In this document: positions 32,353 through 42,574 of the stretch, one piece after another
Layout: each line of letters opens with the position of its first letter
Position numbering within the stretch: position 1 is the stretch's first letter
Assembly: GCA_963682125.1 (NCBI GenBank)
Contig: OY821640.1
Coordinates: 1,833,669-1,897,668, forward strand
DNA length: 64,000 bases
DNA from: Methyloprofundus sp.
GTDB taxonomy: Bacteria; Pseudomonadota; Gammaproteobacteria; Methylococcales; Methylomonadaceae
Reading direction: 5' to 3'
Position numbers and translations under genes: made by a program
Notes under the pieces: generated by a model
What the model saw: only the letters and a program-made list of their open reading frames with translations
What the model was told of the DNA's origin: nothing
Databases searched by the model: none

Positions 32353-33210
32353 CTATTTTGCTTTTTTAAAGTATTTAAAAAATTCAGAGTTTGGCTCTGT
32401 CACCATGATATTTGATGAATTTTCAAACGATTTTTTGTAAGCACTCATACTACGATAAAAAGCATAGAACTCAATATCAGCACCATATGATTTTGCATAA
32501 ATATCAGCAGCTTTAGCATCACCCGAACCTTTTTCAATTTCAGCATCTCGGTAAGCATCCGCTAAAATAATTTCTTTTTGCTTATCTGCATCCGCACGAA
32601 CTCTTTCTGCTGCTTCCGATCCTTGAGATCTGAATTCACGTGCAACTCGTGCTCGCTCAGCTTCCATTCGACGGTAAACTGATTGGCTGACTTCACTTGG
32701 CAAATCAATACGTTTTACTTGTACATCGACAATTTCAATACCTAAATTAGCTGCATCCTTACGTGTTGAAGCAATCAATGCTTTTTGTACCACGTTACGA
32801 TCTGTAGAAACTAATTGTTTAATATCTCGTTTACTAAACTCACTACGAAAAGCATCTTTAATAATTTGATCTAAACGTATATTTGCTTGGTAAACATCCC
32901 CAGCAACGGCAGTATAAAAAACTCTTACATCGCCGATACGCCATTTTACAAATGAATCAACAATAACGTTTTTCTTTTCTGATGTTAAAAAACGTTCCGG
33001 TGAAGAATCTAGCGTTAAAATACGTGCATCAAATTTCTTAATATTATTGATGAAAGGTAATTTAAAATGCAAACCCGGTGAATAATCAAATTTAACAATT
33101 TCCCCTAATTTAAATTTAATCGCCTTTTCAGTCTCTGACACAGTAAATGTACTCATCATTAAAACAGTGAATACCGCACCAATGCCGACTAATATTTTAT
33201 TTTGTGACAT
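32353..33210 (-). CDS. hflC: Protease modulator HflC
   Basis: SPFH domain, FLTSEKKNVIVD, RMEAER, FY.FYRSM.AY. Confidence 0.95.
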   Translation of the reverse strand: MSQNKILVGIGAVFTVLMMSTFTVSETEKAIKFKLGEIVKFDYSPGLHFKLPFINNIKKFDARILTLDSSPERFLTSEKKNVIVDSFVKWRIGDVRVFYTAVAGDVYQANIRLDQIIKDAFRSEFSKRDIKQLVSTDRNVVQKALIASTRKDAANLGIEIVDVQVKRIDLPSEVSQSVYRRMEAERARVAREFRSQGSEAAERVRADADKQKEIILADAYRDAEIEKGSGDAKAADIYAKSYGADIEFYAFYRSMSAYKKSFENSSNIMVTEPNSEFFKYFKKAK

Positions 33211-33211
33211 G

Positions 33212-34414
33212 TTAGCGCCCTCTCTCTACACGCCCACGACTAGAGCGTGGTTGATTAATACTACGGCTTGGCGCTGATTTTGTAGTCGACGTATACTTAT
33301 TCGACTGTTGCTGCACCGCACGATTTGATGATTTATCCACTAATTTATCTAGTGGTAAGTACATCATATTGTTAGATCCTTTCACGTCAACTAACACAGT
33401 ATCCGTACCACTCATAACAGCTTCTATCGTATCTAAATAAATACGTTTACGCGTTACTTCCGGTGCTTTTTTATACTCTTTTAGAATTTGTGAAAATCGA
33501 CTCACATCCCCTTCTGCTGCAGAGATAATACGAGATTTATAACCTTCTGCTTCTTGCGTAAGCCTTGCTGCAGCACCACGCGCTTTAGGTACAACCTCAT
33601 TTGCATAGGCTTCTGCTTCATTAATCAAACGCTGTTTATCTTCACGCGCTTTAATGGCATCTTCAAAGGCACTTTGAACTTGCTCAGGCGGCTGTGCATC
33701 TTGTAAATTAACGCTGGTGATTAAAATACCTGAATCATAAGAATCCATCACCTTTTGAATCTCAACTTCAATATCCGCAACAATTTGACTACGACCTTCT
33801 GTTAAAATGAAATCCATCGTATTCGCACCGATTACACCACGCTCTGAGCTCTCTGTAACCTGCTTTAATGTCGCTGTTTGATTCTTAATATTAAATAAAT
33901 ATTTTTTAGCATCATTCACTTGATATTGAATCGCTAAACGAATATCAACAATATTTTCATCTTTAGTCAGCATCAACGCTTCTTTAGGGACTGAGCCTTT
34001 ACCTCGTTGACGACTTCCACCAGAGCGATAACCCACTTCTAGGAATCGTTGTTGAGAGATATTAATTAATTCTACTTTTTCAATCGGCGAAGGAAAATGC
34101 CAATTTAAACCGGGCTGAGTGGTTGCAACATATTCGCCAAAACGCATTTCAACACCACGATTTCCCTCATCAACAATGTAAAACCCACTTGCTGACCAAA
34201 GCGCAACCGCACCAATCGCTAAAAAACCTAAGCCTTTTAATGAAGGTGCTGAACCACCGTTGTTATCACCGCTATTCTTACCGCCACCAAAAAGACCGCC
34301 TAATTTATTTTGCAGTGAGCGCATCGCTTCATCTAAGTCAGGAGGAGTATTTTCTGTATCACGCCCACTCCAAGGATCTTTTTTCTTATCACCGCCTGGT
34401 TCATTCCAAGACAT
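33212..34414 (-). CDS. hflK: Protease modulator HflK
   Basis: MSWNEPG..DPW..PPDLDE, MLTKDENIV, AF.DAIKAREDK. Confidence 0.95.
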   Translation of the reverse strand: MSWNEPGGDKKKDPWSGRDTENTPPDLDEAMRSLQNKLGGLFGGGKNSGDNNGGSAPSLKGLGFLAIGAVALWSASGFYIVDEGNRGVEMRFGEYVATTQPGLNWHFPSPIEKVELINISQQRFLEVGYRSGGSRQRGKGSVPKEALMLTKDENIVDIRLAIQYQVNDAKKYLFNIKNQTATLKQVTESSERGVIGANTMDFILTEGRSQIVADIEVEIQKVMDSYDSGILITSVNLQDAQPPEQVQSAFEDAIKAREDKQRLINEAEAYANEVVPKARGAAARLTQEAEGYKSRIISAAEGDVSRFSQILKEYKKAPEVTRKRIYLDTIEAVMSGTDTVLVDVKGSNNMMYLPLDKLVDKSSNRAVQQQSNKYTSTTKSAPSRSINQPRSSRGRVERGR

Positions 34415-34524
34415 TAGTTAACTCCAATTTTTTACCACAACATTGATAATCTTTACCCACCAATTACATCAGCGAGCATTAATTTATTAATTATCCTAAA
34501 AAACACTACTTAATACAATCTTTG

Positions 34525-35790
34525 TCAGTCAATTTCTTTAAAAGAAACATCACTTAAAATTCCTAAGTTCTGCTGATCTATGTTTACCACTAAATCCCAA
34601 CCCCCTTCTTCGGTATATTCTTCCTTAATTATATTAGCCATTGAAAATAGCTGCGACCTAAGTCCACCTTGCAATGGAGATAGTCGACAAGAAATTTTAA
34701 TGCAATTGGTAGAGAATAACTCCGTTAGTACATCTGCTAACAAGTCTAAACCTAGCTTTTTTTCTGCTGAAATCCACACTCTTATAGGTATGCCGTCTTC
34801 ATCTCTATCAACCCGTGGCGAGAAATCATCTAATAAATCAATTTTATTAAACACTTCTAACTGCCGATTATCCCCTGCACCAATTTCTTTGAGTACTCGA
34901 TTGACTTCCTGAATTGTTTCATTACGGTACTCATCATTAACATCAATAATATGCATTAATAAGTCTGACTCGATTGCTTCCTGCAAAGTTGACTTAAATG
35001 CCTCAACTAATTCATGCGGTAAATGCCTAATAAAACCGACCGTATCTGCTAGCACTACTTTTGTACCAGAAACGAGTTTAAACTCTCTTAGTGTGGGGTC
35101 TAGCGTAGCAAACAACTGGTCAGCCGCATAAATATCTGCACCTGTTAAGCTATTAAATAGAGTTGATTTCCCCGCATTGGTATAACCTACCAAAGAAATA
35201 CTAGGCGTTTCTGAGCGTTTCCGACGAGCCCGCCCTTGATGCCGCTGTTTAACGACCGTTGCCAAGCGGTTTTGAACCAATTTGATGCGCTGCCCAACTT
35301 GACGACGATCTGACTCTAGCTGAGTTTCACCCGTACCACGCATTCCTATACCGCCTTTTTGGCGATCTAAATGCGACCAACCTCCAGTAAGGCGAGAGGA
35401 CAGGTGATTTAATTGTGCAAGTTCAACTTGTAACTTGCCATCATAACTTTTTGCTCGTAGCGCAAAGATATCTAAAATCAAGCCATTGCGGTCAACCACA
35501 CGAAACTCTAATTCAGCTTCTAAATTACGCTCTTGGCTTGGCGTAAGCACATGATTAAACAAAACTAAATCAGCTTCTGTTTCTGCTATAACTGCCTTTA
35601 ATTCTTCTAATTTACCTGAACCTATAAAATAGCGAGGGTCTGGGGAATTTCTTGAGCCTGTTAAGACATGCACAACTTCAGCGCCTGCTGATTTTGCTAG
35701 TTCTTTTAACTCATTTAAATCTTCTTGTCCGTGATAGAGATTTATATGCACTAAAACAGCACGCTCTCCAGATTCTGGGCGATCAAACAA
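34525..35790 (-). CDS. hflX: GTPase HflX
   Basis: GYTNAGKSTLFN, LFATLDPT, DTVGF, NKID. Confidence 0.95.
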   Translation of the reverse strand: MFDRPESGERAVLVHINLYHGQEDLNELKELAKSAGAEVVHVLTGSRNSPDPRYFIGSGKLEELKAVIAETEADLVLFNHVLTPSQERNLEAELEFRVVDRNGLILDIFALRAKSYDGKLQVELAQLNHLSSRLTGGWSHLDRQKGGIGMRGTGETQLESDRRQVGQRIKLVQNRLATVVKQRHQGRARRKRSETPSISLVGYTNAGKSTLFNSLTGADIYAADQLFATLDPTLREFKLVSGTKVVLADTVGFIRHLPHELVEAFKSTLQEAIESDLLMHIIDVNDEYRNETIQEVNRVLKEIGAGDNRQLEVFNKIDLLDDFSPRVDRDEDGIPIRVWISAEKKLGLDLLADVLTELFSTNCIKISCRLSPLQGGLRSQLFSMANIIKEEYTEEGGWDLVVNIDQQNLGILSDVSFKEID

Positions 35791-35819
35791 AATAAATCTC
35801 CCTTATAGTTTTTTTAAAC

Positions 35820-36056
35820 TTACTCAAATTCATTCTCTTTAACTGAAATATTGATTGGTTTCCCAGGTACTATTGTCGATACAGCATGTTTATAAACCAT
35901 TTGTACCATAGTATTTTTTAGCATAATGACGTATTGATCAAAAGAATCAATTCGCCCTTGTAATTTAATTCCATTAACTAAAAAAATTGAAACCGGAGTA
36001 TGCTCTTTTCTTAATGTATTTAAGAAAGTATCTTGCAAATTTTGATTTTTCGACAT
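35820..36056 (-). CDS. hfq: RNA chaperone Hfq
   Basis: [36 protein letters not shown]. Confidence 0.97.
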   Translation of the reverse strand: MSKNQNLQDTFLNTLRKEHTPVSIFLVNGIKLQGRIDSFDQYVIMLKNTMVQMVYKHAVSTIVPGKPINISVKENEFE

Positions 36057-36130
36057 CCCTTCTCTCCTTATTTATTATTATCATTTACAAGATATAGGGG
36101 CGCACTGTTAAAAAACAAGCAAATGAATGG

Positions 36131-37135
36131 CTAATCATTGCTTAAATTTTTTATTTGCTGACTTGCTGCAATAAAAGCCCCCAAAACACCGAGCAATGTA
36201 GATAGCATAATAAATAAAATCGTTTCATTTAAAGCCATAAAACGTAATTGATACTCACTATGATAGAGTGCCAGCAATTGCTCCACAGGAGACTCTAACA
36301 ACAATACAATACTAGTAACAATAAGCCACGCTAAAATACCTGCAAGACTTCCATACCAAAAACCTGTGTACAAAAATGGTCGATAAATATAAGCATTACT
36401 CGCACCCACTAGCTTTTCTATCATAATTTCATCGCGCCGTGTCTGTAGCTCAAGCCGAATACTATTGCCCGTTATCAAAATGACCGCAATAATTAACAAT
36501 ACAGTAACCGCACGAATAAAATTACGCGCTATTTGCATCATGGCTTGCAACCTTGAAACCCACTGCATATCCATTTGCGCAAATTCAACGGCAGAATGAG
36601 CTTCTAACATTTTAAGCCATGATGAAAAATCATTATTCATCGCTATTTCAGCCACAGGAAAAACCTGTATTACTCGTGGTAGTGGGTTGTGTGTTAAAGC
36701 ATTTAAAGCGCCACCAAAGCCACTGTACGCTTGAAACTCATCCAATGCCTGCTGCTTTGAAATGTAGTGAACTTTATCAATTTGGGCTTTATTTTTTAAT
36801 TGTCCCGCTAAAAGCATTGCCTCTTCATCTGTCACATGATCATGTAAGAATAACGAAATCTGTCGCCCCATTTGCACATCATCAAAAACTTGCTGACTAT
36901 TATTCAATATGACATAAAACCCGCCAGCTAATGACATGGCGATGGCAATAACAAGTATCGTCATTGCTGATGAAGCAGGCGTTTTCCATAATCGTTTGGC
37001 ACTACTAAATAAAGCAAAATAATGCGTCATCAAGATAGTAAATAAAATCCCCTTCCGCTCTCTTAATACTTTCGGGGGTTTACTCAATGCTTCACGATGA
37101 TGCCGCTTTATTTTATGTTTTTTAGAGGGTCTCAT
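36131..37135 (-). CDS. ftsX: Cell division permease FtsX
   Basis: Four TM segments, periplasmic domain NPLP, KLVGA...I.RPFLY.G. Confidence 0.9.
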   Translation of the reverse strand: MRPSKKHKIKRHHREALSKPPKVLRERKGILFTILMTHYFALFSSAKRLWKTPASSAMTILVIAIAMSLAGGFYVILNNSQQVFDDVQMGRQISLFLHDHVTDEEAMLLAGQLKNKAQIDKVHYISKQQALDEFQAYSGFGGALNALTHNPLPRVIQVFPVAEIAMNNDFSSWLKMLEAHSAVEFAQMDMQWVSRLQAMMQIARNFIRAVTVLLIIAVILITGNSIRLELQTRRDEIMIEKLVGASNAYIYRPFLYTGFWYGSLAGILAWLIVTSIVLLLESPVEQLLALYHSEYQLRFMALNETILFIMLSTLLGVLGAFIAASQQIKNLSND

Positions 37136-37796
37136 AGGCCTCTTTCAACATCCGCCCATGATTTAATTGCAATACTTTATGTTTTGTCTGTGCAACAATC
37201 CCAGCCTCATGAGTTGCGATCAATATACTCACACCAACCTGTTGAAATTGCTCAAATAAATTCATAATTTCAATGGATAGTTCAGGGGTTAAATTTCCCG
37301 TTGGTTCATCAGCCAAAATTAAAGCTGGTTTATTAACAACGGCTCTGGCGATTCCAACTCGTTGCTGCTCTCCACCTGATAAGGCTAATGGATATTTTTT
37401 TTCCTTTCCTAACAAGCCTACTTTATCAAGTGCCGCACGCACGAGCCTTGCAAGATCATAATGCCCAACCCCAGAAACCAATAAAGGCAAAGCAACATTG
37501 TCAAACACTGTTCGGTCAGCCAACAACTTATAATCTTGAAATATTAAACCCATTTTTCTACGCAAAGCAGGAATATCTCCTTCTCGTAAACGACATAAGT
37601 TCTGTCCATCAAAGAGCATCTGACCTCTTGAACAGCGCTCCATAAGAGCAACCAACCTTAATACTGTACTTTTTCCTGCACCTGAATGCCCTGTTAAAAA
37701 GGCAATTTCACATTTATTTAAATGAAAACTCACATCAATCAACGCATTATTCGCTGTATAACGTTTGAAGACATGATTATACCCAAACGAAATCAA
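37122..37796 (-). CDS. ftsE: Cell division ATP-binding protein FtsE (5' end supplied by IS630 terminus)
   Basis: GHSGAGKST, LSGGEQQRVGIARA, LADEPTGNL; TTG start at 37796 lies in the IS630 TIR; native ATG is stranded at 39141. Confidence 0.85.
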   Translation of the reverse strand: MISFGYNHVFKRYTANNALIDVSFHLNKCEIAFLTGHSGAGKSTVLRLVALMERCSRGQMLFDGQNLCRLREGDIPALRRKMGLIFQDYKLLADRTVFDNVALPLLVSGVGHYDLARLVRAALDKVGLLGKEKKYPLALSGGEQQRVGIARAVVNKPALILADEPTGNLTPELSIEIMNLFEQFQQVGVSILIATHEAGIVAQTKHKVLQLNHGRMLKEAYETL

Positions 37797-38846
37797 GATG
37801 CAGAGCTTAACACCTGAAAATTATCGTTAATTCTTTCGTTTAAAGAGTCGGCAATACTAGGTAATGTCCGATCAAAAAAATGATTTATTTGATGTCGAAA
37901 TTCCTTAGCCGTTGCAAAATATTTATTATTCCGTGCGTGTTCATTCATGACCTTCCAGAGTCGTTCTATCGGATTTAAATTAGGACTGTAAGGTGGTAAA
38001 TAATGGAGTTTAATATTTAATTCTTTTGCTTTTTCAACCACAACGCTCCATCGAGCACAATATTTATGCAGTGACTTGATGCGTATTGAGCCTTTATTTT
38101 TTCAAAAAAATCAATAATAGACTCACCATTGACGGTTTTATATTGATGGGGGACCGCTTCAGATAAAAAGCCCAATCGAATGGCTCCGATGATATTTAAT
38201 CGAGTTCGACTGCCTGTTGTTTCAATGACTTTATCAACGCCTGTTTTAATCCAGCCAGAGGTGACTTTTGTGGCTTGTGTTGGAGGGACTGCATCAATGA
38301 ACAAGAGTGGTTCATCACACGCCAGAGAAGCCTTTAGCGCTTCGTATTCACGTATAAATTCAGCTTGCTTCTCAGCGTTAAACTTATGAGGTACACCTTT
38401 AGGTTGCTTATAGCTAAACCCCTGTTGGTGAAGCCATTTATTCATCCCTGAAAGACTATATTGAATAGCATAGACGGACAGAACATAAGCAACAATTTGA
38501 TGGGTATGAACGTCAGTAATTTCAGATAAATGTTGAATCAATTTTTCTGTCTGGTCAGCCTTTAAAAGGCTTTGTGAGCCCCCATTTTCAGGGGCTAACT
38601 AAAGTCCATCAGATGACGCGAAATGGTAGAGTCATGTTTTCTTAAAGCTTGGGCAATTTGTGTGATTGACCAGCCTTCTGAGCTGAGTAATATGGCTTTA
38701 ATTCGATCGCACTCATGTACATCACGGACTTTATTATGCCGCAATTCTAATGCCTTTTTTTGTTCGGAGGTGAGTGTGATTTTCATATTTTGTATAGCTT
38801 GACTTGATTTTTCTCATTTATCAAGCATCTTCAATGATTTTGGGTA
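37780..38846 (-). mobile_element. IS630-family insertion sequence (frameshifted transposase)
   Basis: Fragments 38595-38786 (HTH), 38017-38541 (FIDAV, SRTRLNIIGA) and 37793-38041 (LPPYSPNLNPIERLW); TA duplicated at both ends; termini TATACCCAA..AAGATGC. Confidence 0.9.
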
Positions 38847-38852
38847 TAAAAC

Positions 38853-39134
38853 TAGGCGCGCCATTCCTACTTCATGAAACATTGGGATGTCCTATCGCCA
38901 ATCTTCATTCAGCACGGAGCGATTTATGGGAGCCCCAGTTCGTCCTGCGTCCAACTCAACTACGCAAAAAATACTGCTTCGTTAAGTCTACCTCAAATGA
39001 CTTGACGGCTGTCGGGATAACTACTTGCCTCCCGAGCGAACTGACCAGTTCACTTCGGATTGGCGAATTTCCCTGTCGCCTACTGCGGACTAAAAATCAT
39101 CACTTCGCAAGCTCCGTTTCCCTGATTTTCAGCG
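38853..39134 (+). mobile_element. 283-bp TIR-less element (family R; 282 bp here)
   Basis: Inserted within codon 3 of ftsE with no duplicated bases. Confidence 0.9.
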
Positions 39135-39146
39135 TCAGCATAAGCC

Positions 39147-41069
39147 TTACTTTTCATCTTCCATAAAAAGTGCATCAACAAAATTTTCAGCATTGAAATC
39201 CTGTAAATCATTAATACCTTCGCCCACACCCAAAAACCGAATTGGAATACCCTGTTGTTTTGCAAGTGCAAAAATAATGCCACCTTTTGCTGTGCCGTCT
39301 AACTTAGTTAATGCAATTCCAGTTAAGTTAACGGCTTTATTAAAATGCTCTGCTTGAGAAAGTGCATTTTGCCCAGTCCCCGCATCCAATACCAATAAGA
39401 CCTCATGAGGTGCCGTTTCATCGAGGCGAGATATAATGCGCTTAACTTTCTTTAACTCTTCCATTAAGTGAGATTTTGTATGCAGCCTTCCTGCCGTATC
39501 GGCAATCAATACATCAACACCTTTAGCCTTAGCTGATTCTACTCCATCAAAAATAACTGAAGCTGAATCCGCTCCTGTATGCTGAGCAACAACATGTATA
39601 TTATTTCGCTCACCCCAAACTTGTAATTGCTCGACTGCCGCAGCTCTAAAAGTATCGCCAGCAGCAAGCATTACGCTATGCCCTTCACGCTGCAACCTTT
39701 GGGCTAATTTGCCAATTGTTGTCGTTTTACCGACCCCATTAACACCAACAACCAAAATAACAAAAGGGCCTTCTTGTTCAGGAATCACTAAAGGCTGATT
39801 AACTGGCTTTAAAATTTCTAATAATTGTCCTTTTAATAAACCTTCTAGTGCCGCCGCATCCTGTAATTGGTGTTTTTCTACATCTTCTTCAATTTTAGCA
39901 ATAATTTCAGTTGTTACATTCAAACCAACATCAGCCACCAATAAACTTGTTTCGATTTCTTCAAGTAGATCTTCATCAATACTTCTATTGCTTAAAGACA
40001 GGCCAGATAAAACGGCTCCAAAACCACTGCGAGTTTTCCCTAGTTGTGATTTTAGCCGCCCATACAATGACTCTAAAGGTTCAGCTTCAGAAATCGGCTG
40101 TATTTTAGCGTCTATTTCTACTACGCTAGTTTCCTCAAGACTAATTTCTTCCTCGTCCTGAGTAAAAGCAGCATAACGCGTATAAAAATGAATCAGCAAC
40201 AACACTATCATTAGCAAGATAGCAATAACACTATGCGCAGAAAGCAACCAAATAGGCAGTGCAAGTTTTACAGCCGCAACCCCAGTTGCAACCAACAGCA
40301 AGAGCAAAAAACTTCCCGTAGTCGCTATCCAGCGAACTCGTTTAACTTTATGCTGAGTAACTGAAAGTAGTACCCAAGTTAATGTTAAAAAATTAACCAC
40401 CGCAAAAAGCCTATGCACCCAATTAACAGCAACTTTTGCATTAAAAGAGAGCGGTGATAAAAGATCAAAGAAATAACGGTAATCAGCTACCGGCCACCAA
40501 GAACCATTACATTGAGGGAATCCAGAACAAACTAGCCCTGCATGATTTGCAGTTAACCAAGCCCCGACAATTAGCTGGCAAGTTAAAAGTGCCATCGCAA
40601 TTTGTAAAAAATAAGACTTAGTTTGGTTTTTTATTTTTTCATAATTAAGCTGGCTTCTTACTAGCAAATAAATAGCAATACCAACGATTAAGCCATTGAT
40701 TATATATTGGGTAAAATAAGCCAATGCCTGACTAGGCAAAATCGTGACATTAATGGCTAAGTAAATCTGTACAGAAATTAGGGGCAGTAATGCAAATGAG
40801 GCAACAGTAAGCTTAGTACGATTTTTAGCTAGAAAAAGGCTTAAAATTATCACCCCTACAATGATTAAGCTCATAAAAATGAGACTTGAATAATAAATAA
40901 TACTTGCCGTCGCAATATCTGCTATTCCAAAATCAACAACTTGCGTATAATACGCTATTAAACTATGACAACTTTGTTGATCAAGCCCCCCCAAAGACCA
41001 TTGATATAAATTTGCTGTTATTGCCAGCAAACCTAAAAAACTTAAAATAAATGTAAACAACCTAAACAT
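39147..41069 (-). CDS. ftsY: COX15/CtaA-like membrane domain fused to SRP receptor FtsY
   Basis: C-terminal NG domain (GVNGVGKTTT, DTFRAAA, DTAGR, TKLDGTAKGG). The N-terminal ~300 aa have ~8 TM segments with QLIVGAWL..N.AGLVC..FPQCNG, NWVHR and AHS; no internal stop. Confidence 0.9.
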   Translation of the reverse strand: MFRLFTFILSFLGLLAITANLYQWSLGGLDQQSCHSLIAYYTQVVDFGIADIATASIIYYSSLIFMSLIIVGVIILSLFLAKNRTKLTVASFALLPLISVQIYLAINVTILPSQALAYFTQYIINGLIVGIAIYLLVRSQLNYEKIKNQTKSYFLQIAMALLTCQLIVGAWLTANHAGLVCSGFPQCNGSWWPVADYRYFFDLLSPLSFNAKVAVNWVHRLFAVVNFLTLTWVLLSVTQHKVKRVRWIATTGSFLLLLLVATGVAAVKLALPIWLLSAHSVIAILLMIVLLLIHFYTRYAAFTQDEEEISLEETSVVEIDAKIQPISEAEPLESLYGRLKSQLGKTRSGFGAVLSGLSLSNRSIDEDLLEEIETSLLVADVGLNVTTEIIAKIEEDVEKHQLQDAAALEGLLKGQLLEILKPVNQPLVIPEQEGPFVILVVGVNGVGKTTTIGKLAQRLQREGHSVMLAAGDTFRAAAVEQLQVWGERNNIHVVAQHTGADSASVIFDGVESAKAKGVDVLIADTAGRLHTKSHLMEELKKVKRIISRLDETAPHEVLLVLDAGTGQNALSQAEHFNKAVNLTGIALTKLDGTAKGGIIFALAKQQGIPIRFLGVGEGINDLQDFNAENFVDALFMEDEK

Positions 41070-41073
41070 TCAG

Positions 41074-41670
41074 TTACCCTATTTGAGAAATTCTAAGTAA
41101 TTTTTTTAAGTCGCCTTTAACCGCATATGGGTCAAAATCAGCACCATAATGCATCATTAAGTTACCTAAAGGATCCATTATAATAATCGCACCATTTGAA
41201 ATTCCTTCTGGCTTATACGCTTTAATTTTTTCCAATAAACTCTTACTTGGTTGCAACTTTAATAACCGCAAATCATCTTCCCACCAACTTGAAAAGCTAG
41301 CCTCTTGCTTGCCTTCCATGACAATCAAAGCACGTCTAACTCGTGTTAAATCCTTATTCAGCATCAGCCTAATTTGTTTTGTCGCATGCATAGCATCCTT
41401 ACAAAGCTGGTCACATATGCCACCTGAAATAAAGTTCAACATAACCCAATGCCCACTCAGTTCCTTTATATTTTTCACAGTAAATGCGTCCATTCCAGAA
41501 AGCTCAGACCTTTCTGTTGTAATAATGGGTTCAATCAAGTCCCCTCTATTGGTTGAAGGAAGACGAAAAGTACTACTTTCAGTTAGCCCCCATGCAATCA
41601 TAAAAGGAATAATAGACATGAGTGCAACAATAATAATTGTACGTTTATTTTTATTTGTTTGATCAATCAT
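41074..41670 (-). CDS. Conserved cytochrome-oxidase-cluster membrane protein (thioredoxin/SCO-like fold)
   Basis: TM anchor, N.G.LI.P, CxxxC, IMDPLGNLMMHY, DLKKLLRISQIG; sits between SURF1 and COX15 as in gammaproteobacterial cox clusters. Confidence 0.75.
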   Translation of the reverse strand: MIDQTNKNKRTIIIVALMSIIPFMIAWGLTESSTFRLPSTNRGDLIEPIITTERSELSGMDAFTVKNIKELSGHWVMLNFISGGICDQLCKDAMHATKQIRLMLNKDLTRVRRALIVMEGKQEASFSSWWEDDLRLLKLQPSKSLLEKIKAYKPEGISNGAIIIMDPLGNLMMHYGADFDPYAVKGDLKKLLRISQIG

Positions 41671-42406
41671 TTTTGTGTGTTTTACAACTTATCCATAGTG
41701 TTAAAAAAAATAAAGTAGTTGCTAATGCAAACCACTGAAATGCATAAGCCCTGTGTTTTTCTAAGGGCATTCGCGTATTGATTTTCCAATCTCTTATATA
41801 ACCATTCGCTTGGTCAGCCTTTAACTGTACCTGGAATGGGTAAAATAAATATTCAAACTTTTTAGTCAATTTATCTGTATTAACAATCTGCACGACTGAT
41901 GGCCAGCCATCACTTGCTACATCTGCACCTTTCAATATTAAGCCTACAGAGGGAAATTCATTAACGATTCCTACCAGAGAAACCTCAGCATTATTCTCGG
42001 GCATACTGATATCGGGTAACAGCTTTCTAGCTTTATCTGTCGCAACCCAGCCTCGGTTTACCAACACCACTCTTGCGCTGTTTGAAATAATAAAAGGAGT
42101 CATGACAAACGCCCCCACCTTCCCCATATATATTTGATTATCTACTAGTAATTGATGCTTGCTATCGTATTTCCCTTCAAGTAATACAGGGCGATACCTA
42201 TACTCAGTTGGTTTTTTTAACAACTCCGTTAATGAAACAGGCTTTTCCATTAAGCGTAACGATTGGGTTGCTAAGAATAACTCTTTTTCATCAGCTCGGC
42301 TAAGCTGCCAAAAGCCAAGGCGCAACAATAAGCTAAATACGGCTATAAAAATAACCAATGGTATCCAATGTATTTTCCATTGAAAAGTAAAGAGACTGAA
42401 ACGCAT
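41663..42406 (-). CDS. SURF1 family protein
   Basis: LGFWQLSRA.EK, VLVNRGWV, H..YAFQWF. Confidence 0.9.
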   Translation of the reverse strand: MRFSLFTFQWKIHWIPLVIFIAVFSLLLRLGFWQLSRADEKELFLATQSLRLMEKPVSLTELLKKPTEYRYRPVLLEGKYDSKHQLLVDNQIYMGKVGAFVMTPFIISNSARVVLVNRGWVATDKARKLLPDISMPENNAEVSLVGIVNEFPSVGLILKGADVASDGWPSVVQIVNTDKLTKKFEYLFYPFQVQLKADQANGYIRDWKINTRMPLEKHRAYAFQWFALATTLFFLTLWISCKTHKND

Positions 42407-42574
42407 ATTTTCTAATTAAAAATCGAGTGCAATCGAATATTATACTACTTAATAAAAAATTGGGGCTATAATCAATTAAATTTACCAGCTTATTTCAACT
42501 CACGAATCCCCCTAAAGGAACGAGTTTTCAATAAAAATCTCGTTTCTAAGGCAATCAAACTCTCAGTCTAAATT

